Of a stretch of 64,000 nucleotides of DNA, positions 1 to 13,015 are shown in pieces. Made by a program: the position numbers and the translations under genes. This DNA comes from Camelus ferus (lineage: Eukaryota): NCBI RefSeq assembly GCF_009834535.1, contig NC_045697.1, forward strand, positions 111,230,001 to 111,294,000, read 5' to 3'. Below the pieces are notes generated by a model, which was given only the letters and a program-made list of their open reading frames with translations, was not told where the DNA came from and made no database searches. The first letter of the stretch is position 1. Each line of letters begins with the position of its first letter.

Positions 1-325
1 GAATCTCAAGGACTAAATTTAATTGATCGAGAAAAATTTTAATTAATAATCCCTCACCACACAAGTAGCTTGCCATTCACACGTGATTTCTTCATATGTT
101 TAAAACATGTTGTGAGATTTTAACAACCCTGACTGACAGAGAGATAACAGCTTCCTTTAGCCTCTGATTCTTCATCAAATTAGACTCTTGCTAAAAAAAC
201 AAAAACAAAACTTAAATAGATTATTTTCAAAGGATAAAATTTTTTTCTCTGCAAAATATAAGGATAAGCATCCAATAACATTATTTAATAAGAAAAGAAT
301 CCTGTATGCTAGTAAAGGAAAAATC

Positions 326-382
326 TGTGTGTGTGTGTGTGTGTGCGCGCGCGTGCATGGTAGCTGCACACACACATGCACA
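326..382. repeat. (TG)n(CG)n microsatellite followed by a short (CA)n tract
   Basis: tgtgtg...gcgcgcgcgtgcatg (326-359, alternating purine/pyrimidine), then tgcacacacacatgcaca. Confidence 0.95.
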
Positions 383-616
383 GGAGAGAGAACTGAGGGA
401 GAGATAGGAAAGAGAAAGGAAAGACAGAGATTCATATTCCTTACAGGTATGTGAATGTGAACCTATTGTGACAATGTGAAGATGGCAAAAATGAGTGTAG
501 GTAGACAGGGAGGAAGTAGGAATCGTCGTTCAAAGTGTGAGCCAAACAGTTGTAGTAGGTCAAAAGATTTTCTCAAATCATTGGCAGCTTTCAGATGGAT
601 CTAAAGTGATTCAGTC

Positions 617-934
617 TGTTGACCTGAAACAACCACCCTCCAGCAAAGATGGATTTACTTGGGATCAGCAGAGAATTGCAGTTTGGGGTCTGTCACCATG
701 GTAAGCCCCGTGCAAGTTCCCACACGGTAAGAGGAGAGAACACTTTTGTAAAGAGGAAAAGTCGGGAGGGCATGAGTGAGCAGAGTCCATGGCGTCTCAT
801 TGGCTGCGTCCTTTCCAGGAAAGGAGTCTGTCTTCTTCCTCTTGGACTCAGCTATCATCACAGGATATGAGAGCTCCCAATTCTGTTCTCCCAACTCTCT
901 TTCATTGAGGTTTCTGTTTACTAAACTTTTTACA
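617..934 (-). mobile_element. Solo LTR, ERV1-class (family uncertain, MER34/LTR39-like ends)
   Basis: Minus strand begins TGTAAAAAG and ends GGTCAACA; near-identical 4-bp flanks agtc/aatc; CCAAT box; decayed polyA signal (aagtaaa) near the 3' end. Confidence 0.75.
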
Positions 935-3053
935 AATCAAAACATGCTAAATACCAATGATAGCCAAGGGAAAATTGCAACTTTCCAAAGCAATCTGAAT
1001 TAGAATACATTATCCTTCCTCCACACATTTCTGGGAAGCTTATCACAACAGCAATCATGTGCATTATAAACAGTATCACCCTTCAGCTGGGCAGCTGGCT
1101 TCCTCCCAAGCAGCGGTGTGATTTGAGACGACCCTCTGCTCCAGTAATTGGTAAGATGTTCTGCATTAACCTTTGCATGCATGCCCTCTCGAGGCTATGA
1201 CAGGATCCTGCTGCATTCACAATTAGTAAAGTGCCCAAGGCAGCAACTTTGACAAGGACCATAGAACAGCCTAGGTTTGTATTGACAGTTCCTCTTCAAT
1301 ACAGTTAGGAGTGCACTGCCATCATCTATGAAATATATCAGGGCACAGAGATCAATAAATCACAGCAAATCATAAGAGTTTATGGGGAATTAATTACTGA
1401 GTTACGTTGAAAATCTGAAACTTGGTAAAACTTAAATATGGTATTCATTACACACGGAAAGATGTTTGAAATTGATGTAAAAACATGACTACACTGCAGT
1501 CTAAACTTGAATCTCAATAAATACCTACATTTAAAAGCTCGTAATAGTTACTGGATGTGTAGCAAAAATAAAGCCAGATGTCAGTGAAATGATCCCAGTG
1601 TGAGCTGTCTCCTCCCTAGCTATTTCCCTGGGACTACGTTACGGAGCTCCACATGGCAGGGAACCATTATACCCTGGCAGCAGGAACCACCCAAAAGAAA
1701 CAGATTTCTACATTTTCATTCTAATCCATTTGTAACTTCCTGGAAACAGTAGGAGTAGTATCGTAATAAATCCCAAAAGGTTTTACATGTAAGTATTCAT
1801 GGTAATCTCCCTTTTCTTCTGGTGAATCTAAAAGGTGTCATGAAGAGTGATGACACTTTTAAAATGTTTTTTTTTTTTTCAAAGAATTTTCTAACCAGAG
1901 AATTGCAGGCTTTAAAACAGCCATTATTGGTAAATATTTCTCTACTGATTTCTCTGTTTCAAAGCCTTTCTGTGTGAAATGAAGACAATAATGATGCCAA
2001 ATTTATAAGGTTATCACAAAGACTAACTGTGTTAGCACAGGACTGCTAGTCCTCAGATGTGTCTCAAAATTTAGAGCTATGATTCTTCTTTTAGGGAGAT
2101 AATATGGTACCTATGGCATGTGTTATATAATGCTGCATTCAAACACAATATTTTATTTGCCTTAAGTGGGATAAGTAAAGATTATAAATTAAACGCTATC
2201 CATTCAGGACAGTTCTGGCCACCAAGTGCGTTCAGATCATATCTGGTCTTGCTGCTAACTGAGCAAAACACAAACTTTTTGAACTTTAGAATCAGAAATT
2301 GCAGTCCTGTATATGTAGAGCACTGAGACACAGCACAGTATGTGGCATATGGTCAACATTAAGCATGTGTTTTTCAGTTGTTGTATTATTATTATTGTTA
2401 TCCAATTTGAAACTCAAGGAGGTAATATCTTCCTCCTTTCTTTCCTTCCTTTCTTCCTTCTCTCTCTCTAAATAAACAGAGATCTAGGCCATTTTACTTA
2501 TAAAGCACAATTCTACATGATGAAATAATTTGCCACAGATAGTGCTTACATAAAATGCCATTCCTTTCCAGAGTTCTAAAAATACTATTTTTATGGCTGC
2601 ATAAATTGTTTATCACCAGAAACAAAAATGATAGCCTTTCTATAGCCATACTCAGCAACTATTACCCATACATTTACAAGGTCAATAATTGAATTAAATT
2701 AGTAAGTAAATGGCAACCATTCTAATTGTGTCACTGTAATTGTTGCCATAATTTTGATTACAAAGGTTTTTCTTTCATCACTACTTGTAACAGAAAAAAA
2801 TGTAGAATCCTGGAAGATTCTTCAGAGTTAAACAATTCTTAAAAATGAATAACAAAACACTACATGTTTAAGCTCACTTGACATTTCCCAAAGAGTCTCC
2901 AAAAATGAGATTTTTAAACTTAATTTCTAAATCAGTAACAGGGCTGATTGAAAAAAAAAGAAAAAGAACTAGGGTAGTACCCCATGCCTATCCAGAGTAC
3001 TGATCGAAACCCAATTCTTATTAAATAACATTTTAAAAGTTAAAAAGTATAAA

Positions 3054-3350
3054 ATCTCAGCTATAATATAAATATAAATATCTCAGCTATAATATAAGTA
3101 ACTCACAAGGGTATATAGCATGGGGATTATAATTAATAACACTGTTTTATAAATATATATATAATTAATAACATTGTATATTTGAAAGTTGCTAAGAGAG
3201 TAGATCTTAAAAGTTTTCATCACAAGAAAAAAAATGTAATTATGTATGAGAGATGTTAACTAGACATATTGTGATCATTTTACAATATATATAAATACCA
3301 AATCATTGTGTTGTACACCTGAAACTAATATATGTCAATTATACTTAACT
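3054..3350 (+). mobile_element. L1 3' end fragment (L1MA-type)
   Basis: gaaagttgctaagagagtagatcttaaaag...tgttgtacacctgaaactaata...tgtcaattatac, typical L1MA 3'UTR. Confidence 0.85.
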
Positions 3351-4944
3351 TTTGAAAATCCCTATTAAATGACATTTTATACTTAAGAGGTGAAAATCTT
3401 CAAAGCATTCCCAATTAATTCCATAAGAAAGTTACATATGTTTGGTCCAAATTTGTACAGGGAAAACCCTTGAGGCAAAATGTTATGCTTTTTAAAGCGT
3501 AACAATCAATTATGCCCCAGGCTTTCTCTAAATCCAGTTCTAACTTCGAAATAGGACAGACCCTTCTACTGAAAATGTTTTCACCACTTTTCCCAGTTGT
3601 TCAACTGCTGTCCTAACGTTGCTAAGATCTAATTAAAAGACTAACCTGGAGATTGTTTTGCATATGTAACTAATTTTTAATACAATACTGTATAAAATGG
3701 GAGATAATAACTCTTATCACCTAGAGTTACTGTGTGGGCCCAATTTGATTTCAAAAAACGGTTAATTTCAATTAGCTACTATTTGCCCAATAAAGACATG
3801 TAAAGGATTGTGTAACCTGTTAAGCAATATACAATAGTAATGTTATTTACCCTTAATTTACTGCAAATAAAGTGAGGGAAAAATTAGTGTAGAGAATCAC
3901 ATTTATACATTTGTCTTAGGTAGTGAGCCATGCCAGATTCATCTTAAAATTCTTTGATTAAAATCCACAAGAGCCATTTATAAACCGTTTTCTAAACAGC
4001 TAGACTATTTTGCATATATTTTTACTCACTTAGCAAAACCCTTAAGGAGAAAGTTTCTAAAGGAGAATAAATATCATCCAGAGTTATGACCAAACCACCC
4101 CTCACTAGAGAGGTCCTAGGCCTTGGTGTCAGGATGCTGTGTGACTTCCTAGGTTCTTCCTTGTCTAAGCAACGTGCCTCCCTGGAGAAGAGACCCAAAT
4201 TTGCCTAAGGTCCCAAGGTGTCTCTAGATCAAGCAACTGGGCTGAGCCCATCCCCAGAGTTGAATCAGGTTTTATCCTCAGGTAGGACTAGAATCACCCA
4301 CTCCACTGAGAATCACCACTGCAGTATTGCTGAGCCACAGTGTGACTAGAGATGCAACAGAAATGAACAGAACAGAGCAATACAACACAGCCCATGTGGT
4401 ACACTCAACAAAAACTGTTGAACAAAATGGCAAGTGGCAGAATATATATAGTATTTTAAGTACATGTTATTTAAAATATGCAGAACATTATATTTCATAT
4501 GGATATATACATATATAATGAAAGTATAAAGATATAAATAAGAATGACCAAGAGCAAATTTACCATGGCTGTATCTCTGGAAAGAGTGAGACACAAATGA
4601 CATCAGGGAAGGGACACAGAGGGTTTAAACCAAATCTAAGATATTTTATTTCTTTATAATCAAGATCTGATTTAACTATGGCAAATACTAACTTTTGTTC
4701 AAACTAAGTATGGATAATCATATGCACATGTTTTTATTAATTGTTATACTTTTATGTTGAAATATTTCATAATTTTAATTTTAAAAAATAATGGGTGTGC
4801 ATGATGGGGAAAAAAAAGAAATAGCATGCTACCAACGTATGTTCTCTTGGAAACTGGCAGCTTATTACACACACTCTGATTTCCTAGTAATCTCTGCATC
4901 AGCAAATTTTTCTGAAGGCTGAAAAAAATGCTAATATCAAACAC

Positions 4945-5135
4945 TCAGTATGACTCTGTCCTGTATGCTTGTATTTAATCATCCTCAAAATTTTGTGATG
5001 TAGTTATTATGACCACCATTTTGCAGGGAAGAAATTCAGACGCAAAGTAATTTGCTTAAGGCCATACAGCGTGACAGGGCTGAGCTTCAAATCCATAGTG
5101 GTGTGGACCCAAAGCCCATTCTCTGCCGGCTGCAG
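4945..5135 (-). mobile_element. MIR SINE fragment
   Basis: ccattttgcagggaagaaatt...gtaatttgcttaaggccatacagc resembles the reverse MIR core. Confidence 0.7.
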
Positions 5136-7204
5136 TATATTGGGAAACCATAAAAATCAGACAGAGGATGAAAGAAGTGACTCAAACAGGTAGATTAGAA
5201 TGGGCAGAACCGAGATATCACCAGAGTAGAGGCAGTTAGAAACCTGCTTAGGTGGAGGAATACTTAAAAGATGAGATCTGAACCGTGCTTTAAATAAGAT
5301 CTCATTGCAGACTCAGGAGTATAAAATGGAACACAGGTGGTGGAAGTTTAAAACAGCGTGAACTCATGGGAGAGAAGATTCATTTCCTTGGAGGAGGAAT
5401 GGAGAACGAGATTTACACAAAAAAAGAAAACAGACAAAAGAGAGAGTAAACCTAATAGAAACTTAAGGAGAAGAGATCCAAATCAGAAGAGAAATTAAAT
5501 GATAGAAAACATATGAAAACTATCAAGATAGAAAAATAAGGAAAATTGAGGAATCAAGTATTAGCTTCTGAAATTTGAATCAAGCCAAATTTTTAAGGCA
5601 GAAAGGAGAGCTGAATCATCTGATTTCAAAGGTAGGAAAATTGGAACAAATGATTAAATTGAGGGGAAAAAAATGAGGAGCAGAACTGTGTGGTTTGTTT
5701 CTTTTTAGAGGTTAAATGGAATACTCTTTTGAAACATGTATTAAAAGCATCTGATTCCACATAAGGAACTTTGAAAAGCAGAGCCGGGAAGAGACTCTGC
5801 TTCTGTTTTCCTGTGCCTTTTGTAAGTACTTAGGTGGGTGTGTTTGGGTGGAAACATGAGCTTTTTAAAAAAAACTCTCTGATCCTCCCCCACCCAACTT
5901 GAAATTCTAAAGCTGTGTTTATGACAACACAATCTTTTCTACAGTAACTAAAGAGCTGTCAGCTAAAGAGGATTATTACTTAAGTTGAGAAATAAGCAAC
6001 TAAAAACTCTTAAACCACAAAGAACAGGTTCCCATGCCAATATCCAAAGTGACAAAGCCAAAGCAATGCAAATACAGAAAACGTTCTGTGCTGGGAAGAC
6101 CTGACTGACCCTCTAGTGACTGGTCTCCGCACTTCATGGAAACATATCTACGATTTAACCCAGTATAGTCAGACTTGGGTGAATTTTACTGGTTCCTCAG
6201 ACACAAATTTATCAATGGGTATCCAAACTCAAAAGGAAGGCATCTGGTTTGTATCCGACTTACCACCCACACATGATATAAAAGATCCAAACTGAATCAT
6301 TTGGGCTCTCTGTGATAAGAATTATAAATTCCTTGTGGAAGGTTTGAGACGGTTCAAATCCCATCAAAGAAAATAAATTAAACTTTCAGTGAACGTTGCC
6401 TGGGTGGTAGTTCTAGGGAAAGCTGTGATGTATTACTATTTTAGGAAAGCTATCAGACCACCTACCAAGTGGTAGCAAAAAAGCTACCACATAGTTTTCT
6501 ATAGTGAGCTCACTTTCCTTCTCTTTATTAATTCAATTTCAGACTGCTTCGCCCTTCTCTTTTTTCTATTTGTGGCTACCAATAGGGAAGAGTTTTAATA
6601 TTGTTTACAACAAACTATTTATGTGCTTAATAAGCTATAGATTAAGAAAAAAAATCTTAGGTATACTAGCTCATGTCAAAGAAAAAAGTAACTGGAAGAG
6701 AAATGATCTTAACTAAATACGTATTTTAAATAAAACAAATCTACAAGGTGCCCACTTTACTTTTTTTAGTGATAAAAATACGTCTTAGACCCTGTATTTC
6801 AATCTGCCAAACAGCAAACAGTAAACTGATACAGGACATATTGATACCATGAAAGCAATTTACTCTTAGTAACAATAACTATGCTACTGGAGAATTTTAA
6901 AGTCTCCTAAGGATTTTTTTTTTTTTAAGAATTTTATGCCCTCTTTTATTTAACTTTAAAATAAATGTAAAATTTAGGATTTTTCTAATGCTGAATAGAT
7001 GTAAATATAATCTGAACCACAAAATGTTGGAACTTCTCATTCCTCAAATTTCAGCAATTCAGGGAGCTGGATTAACTCAGTTGAGTTAGTAGTGTCCATT
7101 TTACTACAGAGATGCTCCTTAGTCATCATAAAGAGTTTAGAGACCTCACTGGATGGTTCCTTCAAAAGTGGCTTCAGAAAAAAGTAATTGGTAGTTTTAA
7201 GAAT

Positions 7205-7360
7205 GTGGAATTGAAATTGGAAGATCTAGAATCTGTTCTCACCTTAGCTACTTTTACCAGCCAGGTGACCTTGGTTAAACCAATCAGTACTTAGTTTCTT
7301 TCAGCAAATTCGGGACACTATCAACTGCAATTCTCTCACAGGATTATGAGAATCAAATCA
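7205..7360 (+). mobile_element. MIR SINE fragment
   Basis: gtgaccttggttaaacc...cttagtttctttcagcaaatt...ctcacaggattatgagaatcaaat resembles the MIR core. Confidence 0.65.
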
Positions 7361-7380
7361 AAAGTCTATTTAGACGTTTC

Positions 7381-8600
7381 TTTTTTTTTTCTCTCATTTT
7401 TCAATTTTTATTTTTCATATATATTTTTATTGAAGTAATCAGTTTACCATGTATCAATTTCTGGTGTACAGCACAATACTTCAGTCATATAGGAACATAT
7501 ATATATTTGTTTTCACATTGTTTTTAACCATAAGTTACTACAAGATTTTGAATATAGTTCCCTGTGCTATACAGTATAAACTTGTTGTTTCTATTATATA
7601 TATATATAGTAGTATCTGAAAATCTCAAACTCCCAATTTATCCTTTCCCACCCTCTTCCCCCACTGGTAACTATAAGTTTGTTTTCTATGTCTGTGAGTC
7701 TGTTTCTGTTTTGTAAATAAGTTGTCTTTTTTTTTTTTTAGATTCCACTTATAAGTAATATCATATGGTATTTTTATTTCTCTTTCTGGCTAACTTCACT
7801 TACAATGACATTTTCCAGGGTCATCCATGTTGCTGCAAATGGCAGTATTTTATTCTTTTTTATGGCTGAGTAGTATTCCATTGTATAAATATATCATATT
7901 TTTATCCAGTCATCTATTGATGGACATTTAGGTTGTTTGCATGTCTTGGCTTTTGTAAATAGTGCTGTTATGAACATTGGGGTGCATGTGTCTTTTGAAT
8001 TAAGATTTTCCTCTGGATATATGCCCATGCGTGGGATTGCTGGATCATATGGTAAGTCTGTTTTTAATTTTTTGAGGAATCTCCATACTGTTTTCCATAA
8101 TGGCTGCACCAAACTACGTTCCCACCAACAGTGTAGGAGAGTTCCCTTTTCTCCACAACCTCTCCAGCATTTATCGCTCATGAACTTTTTAATAATGACC
8201 AGTCTGACTGGTGTGAGGTGATATCTCATTGTAGTTTTGATTTTCATTTCTCAATTAGCAATATTGAGCATTTTTTCTTGTGCCTATTAGCCATTTGTAT
8301 GTCTTTATTGGAGAATTGCTTGTTTAGGTCTTCTGCGCATTTTTGGATTGGGTTTTTGTTTTTGTTTTTTTCTTATTAAGTTGTATGAGCTGTTTGTATG
8401 TTCTGGAAATTAAGACCTTCACAGTTTAATCTTTTGCAAATATTCTCCAATTCTGTAAGTTGTCTTTTTGTTTTGCTTATGGTTTCCTTTGCTGTGCAAA
8501 AGCTTATAAATTTAATTAGGTCCCATTTGTTTATTTTTGCTTTAGGCAAAACATTATCCTACATAAATCTCAGCAATGTTCTCCTAGGGCAACCAAGCAA
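7381..8600 (-). mobile_element. Young lineage-specific L1, 5'-truncated with a 5' inversion
   Basis: T-rich tail at 7381; 3'UTR; ORF 7894-8247 encodes the ORF2 C-terminal Cys-rich domain (YHLTPVR...[17 protein letters not shown]); inverted segment 8545-8604; TSD tagac(g/a)tttct at 7371 and 8601. Confidence 0.95.
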
Positions 8601-10014
8601 TAGACATTTCTATTGCCTTGAAAGAATTTGTGTGTATACGTGTGAGGGAAATAAATGTAGAAATTGGGACAAAATGAAAGTACCAAAGTCAGAAAAAGCT
8701 GGATGATCAATGTGTGAAAATGCATGACAAAAAATACAAAACTGTGGCTAGAAGAGGGCTGAACATTTGGTGTAAAGATAAAGCCAAGAGAGAGAGAAAC
8801 AGGAGAAATGGCAAGATTCATGGTGTCTATAAAAACAAACCAGTTGCTGGGATGAGATCAAAGTTTTTTATGATATTGAACAATTAGAGAAATTTCTCTA
8901 GTTGACCTCAAAAAATGTGTGTGCACTTTTACAAATAAAAATTGTCAACCTCTTTCCAAATACTTCCTTGGATCCATAAAATGATGAATTCCATAGGACT
9001 GTTTCTTGTCATGAATCTTAGCATAGGCCAACATAGGGTTACAAAGTCGAATCACAGTTCAGTAGAAGCAACTTCTTGTTATGTCAAATAGAAGTAGTGG
9101 GGCAGGTACCAGCTCTTTACTGGTAGGTATGGGCATATTGTAAATGTATTTACCTAGAGGAGGCATTCTCAAACATTTTGGTCTCAGGATGAAGACCTAC
9201 TAGAAATATGGTATACAGAACTACTAGATATATGCCAAGCAAGTGTCTGGAGACAGCTCTTAAAAATTATAATTTTGATTTTGGAATAGTTGAACTTAAC
9301 CCATTTTTAACAGGAAGTAAATTGTCTTTGAGCCACTTTTAAGTTCACAGTAGTCCAATGGCATCCTCAAAGAACTGAAGAACCTCTTAGTTCTGTCAGC
9401 TGAGATAGACATTGAGCTGGAGGTATATATCTAACTTACTGTGTCTTTATAAGTCTACAACAGCTCCAAGTCAGAACATCTTCAAACAACACTTTCGCTT
9501 ATTTTTAAATTAATTTTTCTAGATAAAGGACTATTTCTAGGATTCAGTAGGGGAAAGCACCAAGGGATTTCACAGCTGAGCAGTAAAATGCTTGCCTATC
9601 TCAACTGGAATCTGGGTTCCCTTAGTCTTATCCTCCAAATTTATGCTACAGGACATCCACCTGATCAGTAATTGTTCAATTCAGGTATTCCTACTCAAAT
9701 TTATTATACCTGTTTTTTCAGGATAATGAGAAGTTTATAATAAGACTGAATTTGATTAAATCCTAAGTAACATCTTCCAAATTTCAATTATCTATAGTTC
9801 TCAAAACCAGCAGTCCTGTGATAGCATTCCTAAGGAGAATGAGCTCTACATTTGCCAAATCCAAATAAGATAGTGCTGGTTTAAATCTAAGAGTAAATCA
9901 TTGGTAAAAAATGAAAGGGAGATTATTGTTCTAAGCACCACAGACAGAGTTTTGAGTAAGCCTCACATTGCTTAATATTGAAATCCAGCTAACTTTTCCT
10001 AAGACTCTTCTTAT

Positions 10015-12413
10015 TCTTTTTCTCCCAGCTTTAATGAAATGTAATTGACATATAATATTGCATAGGTTTAAGGTACACAACATGTTGACTTGATATACAT
10101 ACATATCATGAAATGATGACACAATATGGTTAGTTAACACACCCATCATCTCAGTTACCGTGTGTGTGTGGTGAGAAATTTTATGTTCCACTCTCTTAGC
10201 GATTTTCAAGTTATACTATACAGTATTGTTAACTGGTCACGACTCTGTGCAGTACCTTGCCAGAAGTGACTCATCTTATAACGGGAAGTTTGTACCTTGT
10301 GACCACCTTGAACCATTTCCCCTAACCTCCACCCTGGTAACCACTAATCTATTTTCTGTTTCTATAAGTCTGGTGTCTTTTTGTCTTTGTTTTAGTTTTT
10401 GTTTTTTGCATTCCACATATAAGTGATATCTCGTTGTGGTTTTGATTTGAATTTCCCTGATAATTAGTGATGTTGAGCACCTTTTCATGTAACATTGGCC
10501 CTTTGGATGTCTTCTTTGGAAAAATGTCCATTCAGGTCCTCTGCCCATTTTTAATTAGATTATTTATTTTTGTGCTCTTAAGTTGTGTGAGTTCCTTATG
10601 TATTTTGGATTTTAATCCCTTATGAGATATACGGTTTGCAAATTATTTCTTCCATTCTATGGCTTTTTCGCGCTGTTGATTTTCTTTTTTCTTTTGCTGC
10701 ACAGAAGATTTTTAGTGTGCTATACTCCCACTTTATTTTTGCTTTTGTTGTTTGTGCTTTAAGTGCCAAAAGATAATTGGCAAGACCAATGTCAAGGAAC
10801 TTTGTTTTAGGAGTTTCATAGTTTCAGATTTTAAATTTAAATCTTTAACCATTTGAGCTAATTTTTGTGTGTGGTGTAAGATAGAGGTCCACTTAGATTC
10901 TTTTCACGTGCATGTTTAGTTTCCCCAGCATCATTTACTAAAGAAACTATTCTTTCCCCATTAAGTATTGAGAATACTTGTCAAACATTTTTTGACTATA
11001 TATGCATGGATTTATTTCTTGGCTCTCTATTCTATTTCATTGGCCTATGTGTCTGTTTTTTGTTTGTTTGGTTTGGCTTGGGCTTTTTCTTTTTTTTTTT
11101 TTTCTTTTTGGCAGTACCCATACTGTTTGATTACTATATAGTTTGAAATCAAGAAGTGGGATGCCTCCAGATTTGTTCTTCTTTCTCAAGATTCTTTTGG
11201 CTATTTGGGGTCTTTTTGGTTCCATACAAATTTCAGAATTTTTTTTTCCATTTCTGTAAAAATGCCATTGGAATTTTGATAGGGATTACATTGAATCTAG
11301 ATTGCTTTGGGTAGTATGGACATTTTAACAATATTAAATCTTCCAATCCATGAACATTTTCCATTTATTTGTGTATTCTTCAATTTCTCTCTGCAGTCAT
11401 CTCTTTGATGAGGTTTTGCAGGCTGTGTTCCCTGGCAGGGCGGTGGCCCTGCTAGGACCCCCTGATTGGGCAGAGCTGTGGCTGAGCTCTGCAGTTGCTC
11501 CTGGGTGGGTGGGTTCTCAGGCTGTGTTCCCCAACCAGATGGTGTTTTCGGCTGCACGTCATGTTCAGATGGATGGGGCCTCAGGTTGCGGTCTGGTATC
11601 AGGCAGAGCATAGGCTATGTTCCAGAGTTGAGCAGGGCTGTAGGCTGGTCTTCAGGATCAAGGAGGCTGTACGATGTGCTCCATGGGTGCTCAGTATCAT
11701 CTGTGGCCACACTTTCCAAGGGGCAGGACTGGACAATTTGTTTAGCAGTTGAGTGTGACTTTAAATTTGCTCCTCTGCCCAAGTGGGGGTCTAGAATTGG
11801 CTCCATGGCCAGTATGGCCATTGGTTGGGGACCAAATCAGGCAGTGCCACCAGGTGAGCTCTCTGGCCAGACAGGATCACCAATTTGGCTTTGTAGATGG
11901 CCTGAGCTGCTGGATGGGGTCTCTGCTCAGACACCACTGTGAGCAGGAACTCAGTCTGCCAAGACCTGAGTGCTGGCTGATGTAAGCCCTGGCCCCCTGC
12001 TCCATTTCTCTTTGATCCCCAGTGGTCAAGCCTCATAGACTCCCCCAGTGGTTCCCATGAGTAATCCCTATCTCAGGTGGGCCTCGCTGGAAGCATCCCC
12101 TAATGCTGAGGTAACTAAATGTCCATCTCAGGCTCTTTTGCCACTGGAGAAACTGCAGACCCATGGCTGCCCTGTCAGTGCAGTGCTGTGCCAGCCTCGG
12201 GGAGGGACAATATGGCGAAAGTGAAATTGCCTCTCTTACCCTTCTAATGATGTCCTTGTCTGTCCCTGTGATCCAAGAGGGTGCTTCCGCCTTACCCCTG
12301 GGTTCTGGGATTTTCACAGTGGTGTCTTATCCATGGATAGTTGCTAGCTGGCATCCTTGTGAGGGGGACTGAGGTTGGAAATGACCTATGCTGCCATCTT
12401 AATGACATTACCC
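10015..12413 (-). mobile_element. Internally deleted L1 (L1MA/L1M2-like): 5'UTR joined to late ORF2 and 3'UTR
   Basis: 3'UTR 10015-10425; ORF2 remnants 10430-11390 (KRPQIAKRILRKKNKSGGIPLLDFKLY, WIGRFNIVKMSILPKAI); GC-rich 5'UTR 11391-12413 whose element-sense start contains AAGATGGC. Confidence 0.85.
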
Positions 12414-12925
12414 AGTTCTCTATTTCTGCAGTGAGCTTTCACTGTGCACTCTTCTGGTGCTCCACGCGTGAGGAGTGTGAATGTCACACATCTTACTGCC
12501 TAAAGCAAGTGCAGGTCCTCTCAGGCGCCCACTCTCCTGGGTTGGTGGCAGATATCAAGACTCCCTTACTCTTTTCAACCATTACATTAGCTAAGTACAA
12601 GAGTTAAGTTAGTTATAAATAACACTTTTATAAAATATAAATACTCATTGATTGTAGCAAATGAGAAATTTAGGAAAGTATAAAAAATATAATAAAAACT
12701 GTATTGAGTTAATCTTTAACATCTTGGTATATGTACTTCTAGGCTATATAGATGTATTTATAGAAATAAATATATACATAGAAACTAGGATAAGATGGTA
12801 ATATGCATATTCATGTATATAATTAGCACCATACAATATTTAGAATTATATATTCATTTAAACTAAAATTCCATAAGAAACATTTTTTCTGTCAATAAAA
12901 ATTCTTTAGAAATGATTTTTCTAGG

Positions 12926-13015
12926 AATATATATATGTACAACTGAATCACTATACTGTATACCAGGAATTCACACCACATTTAAAATTAACTATACTTC
13001 AATATAAAAAAGAAG
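12926..13015 (+). mobile_element. Short L1 3' tip
   Basis: aactgaatcactatactgtataccagga...aactatacttcaatataaaaaa matches the other L1 3' ends in this window. Confidence 0.8.

Noticed and set aside
7894..8247. 117-aa ORF as a host gene
   Set aside because: It is the L1 ORF2 C-terminal fragment of a truncated insertion
9165..9290. Possible hAT-Charlie (MER33-like) end
   Set aside because: Only a short motif (ttctcaaacattttggtctcagga) matches; too little to call
11297..12372. Cluster of long overlapping ORFs (up to 158 aa)
   Set aside because: They lie in a GC-rich L1 5'UTR where stops are rare; no protein family resemblance
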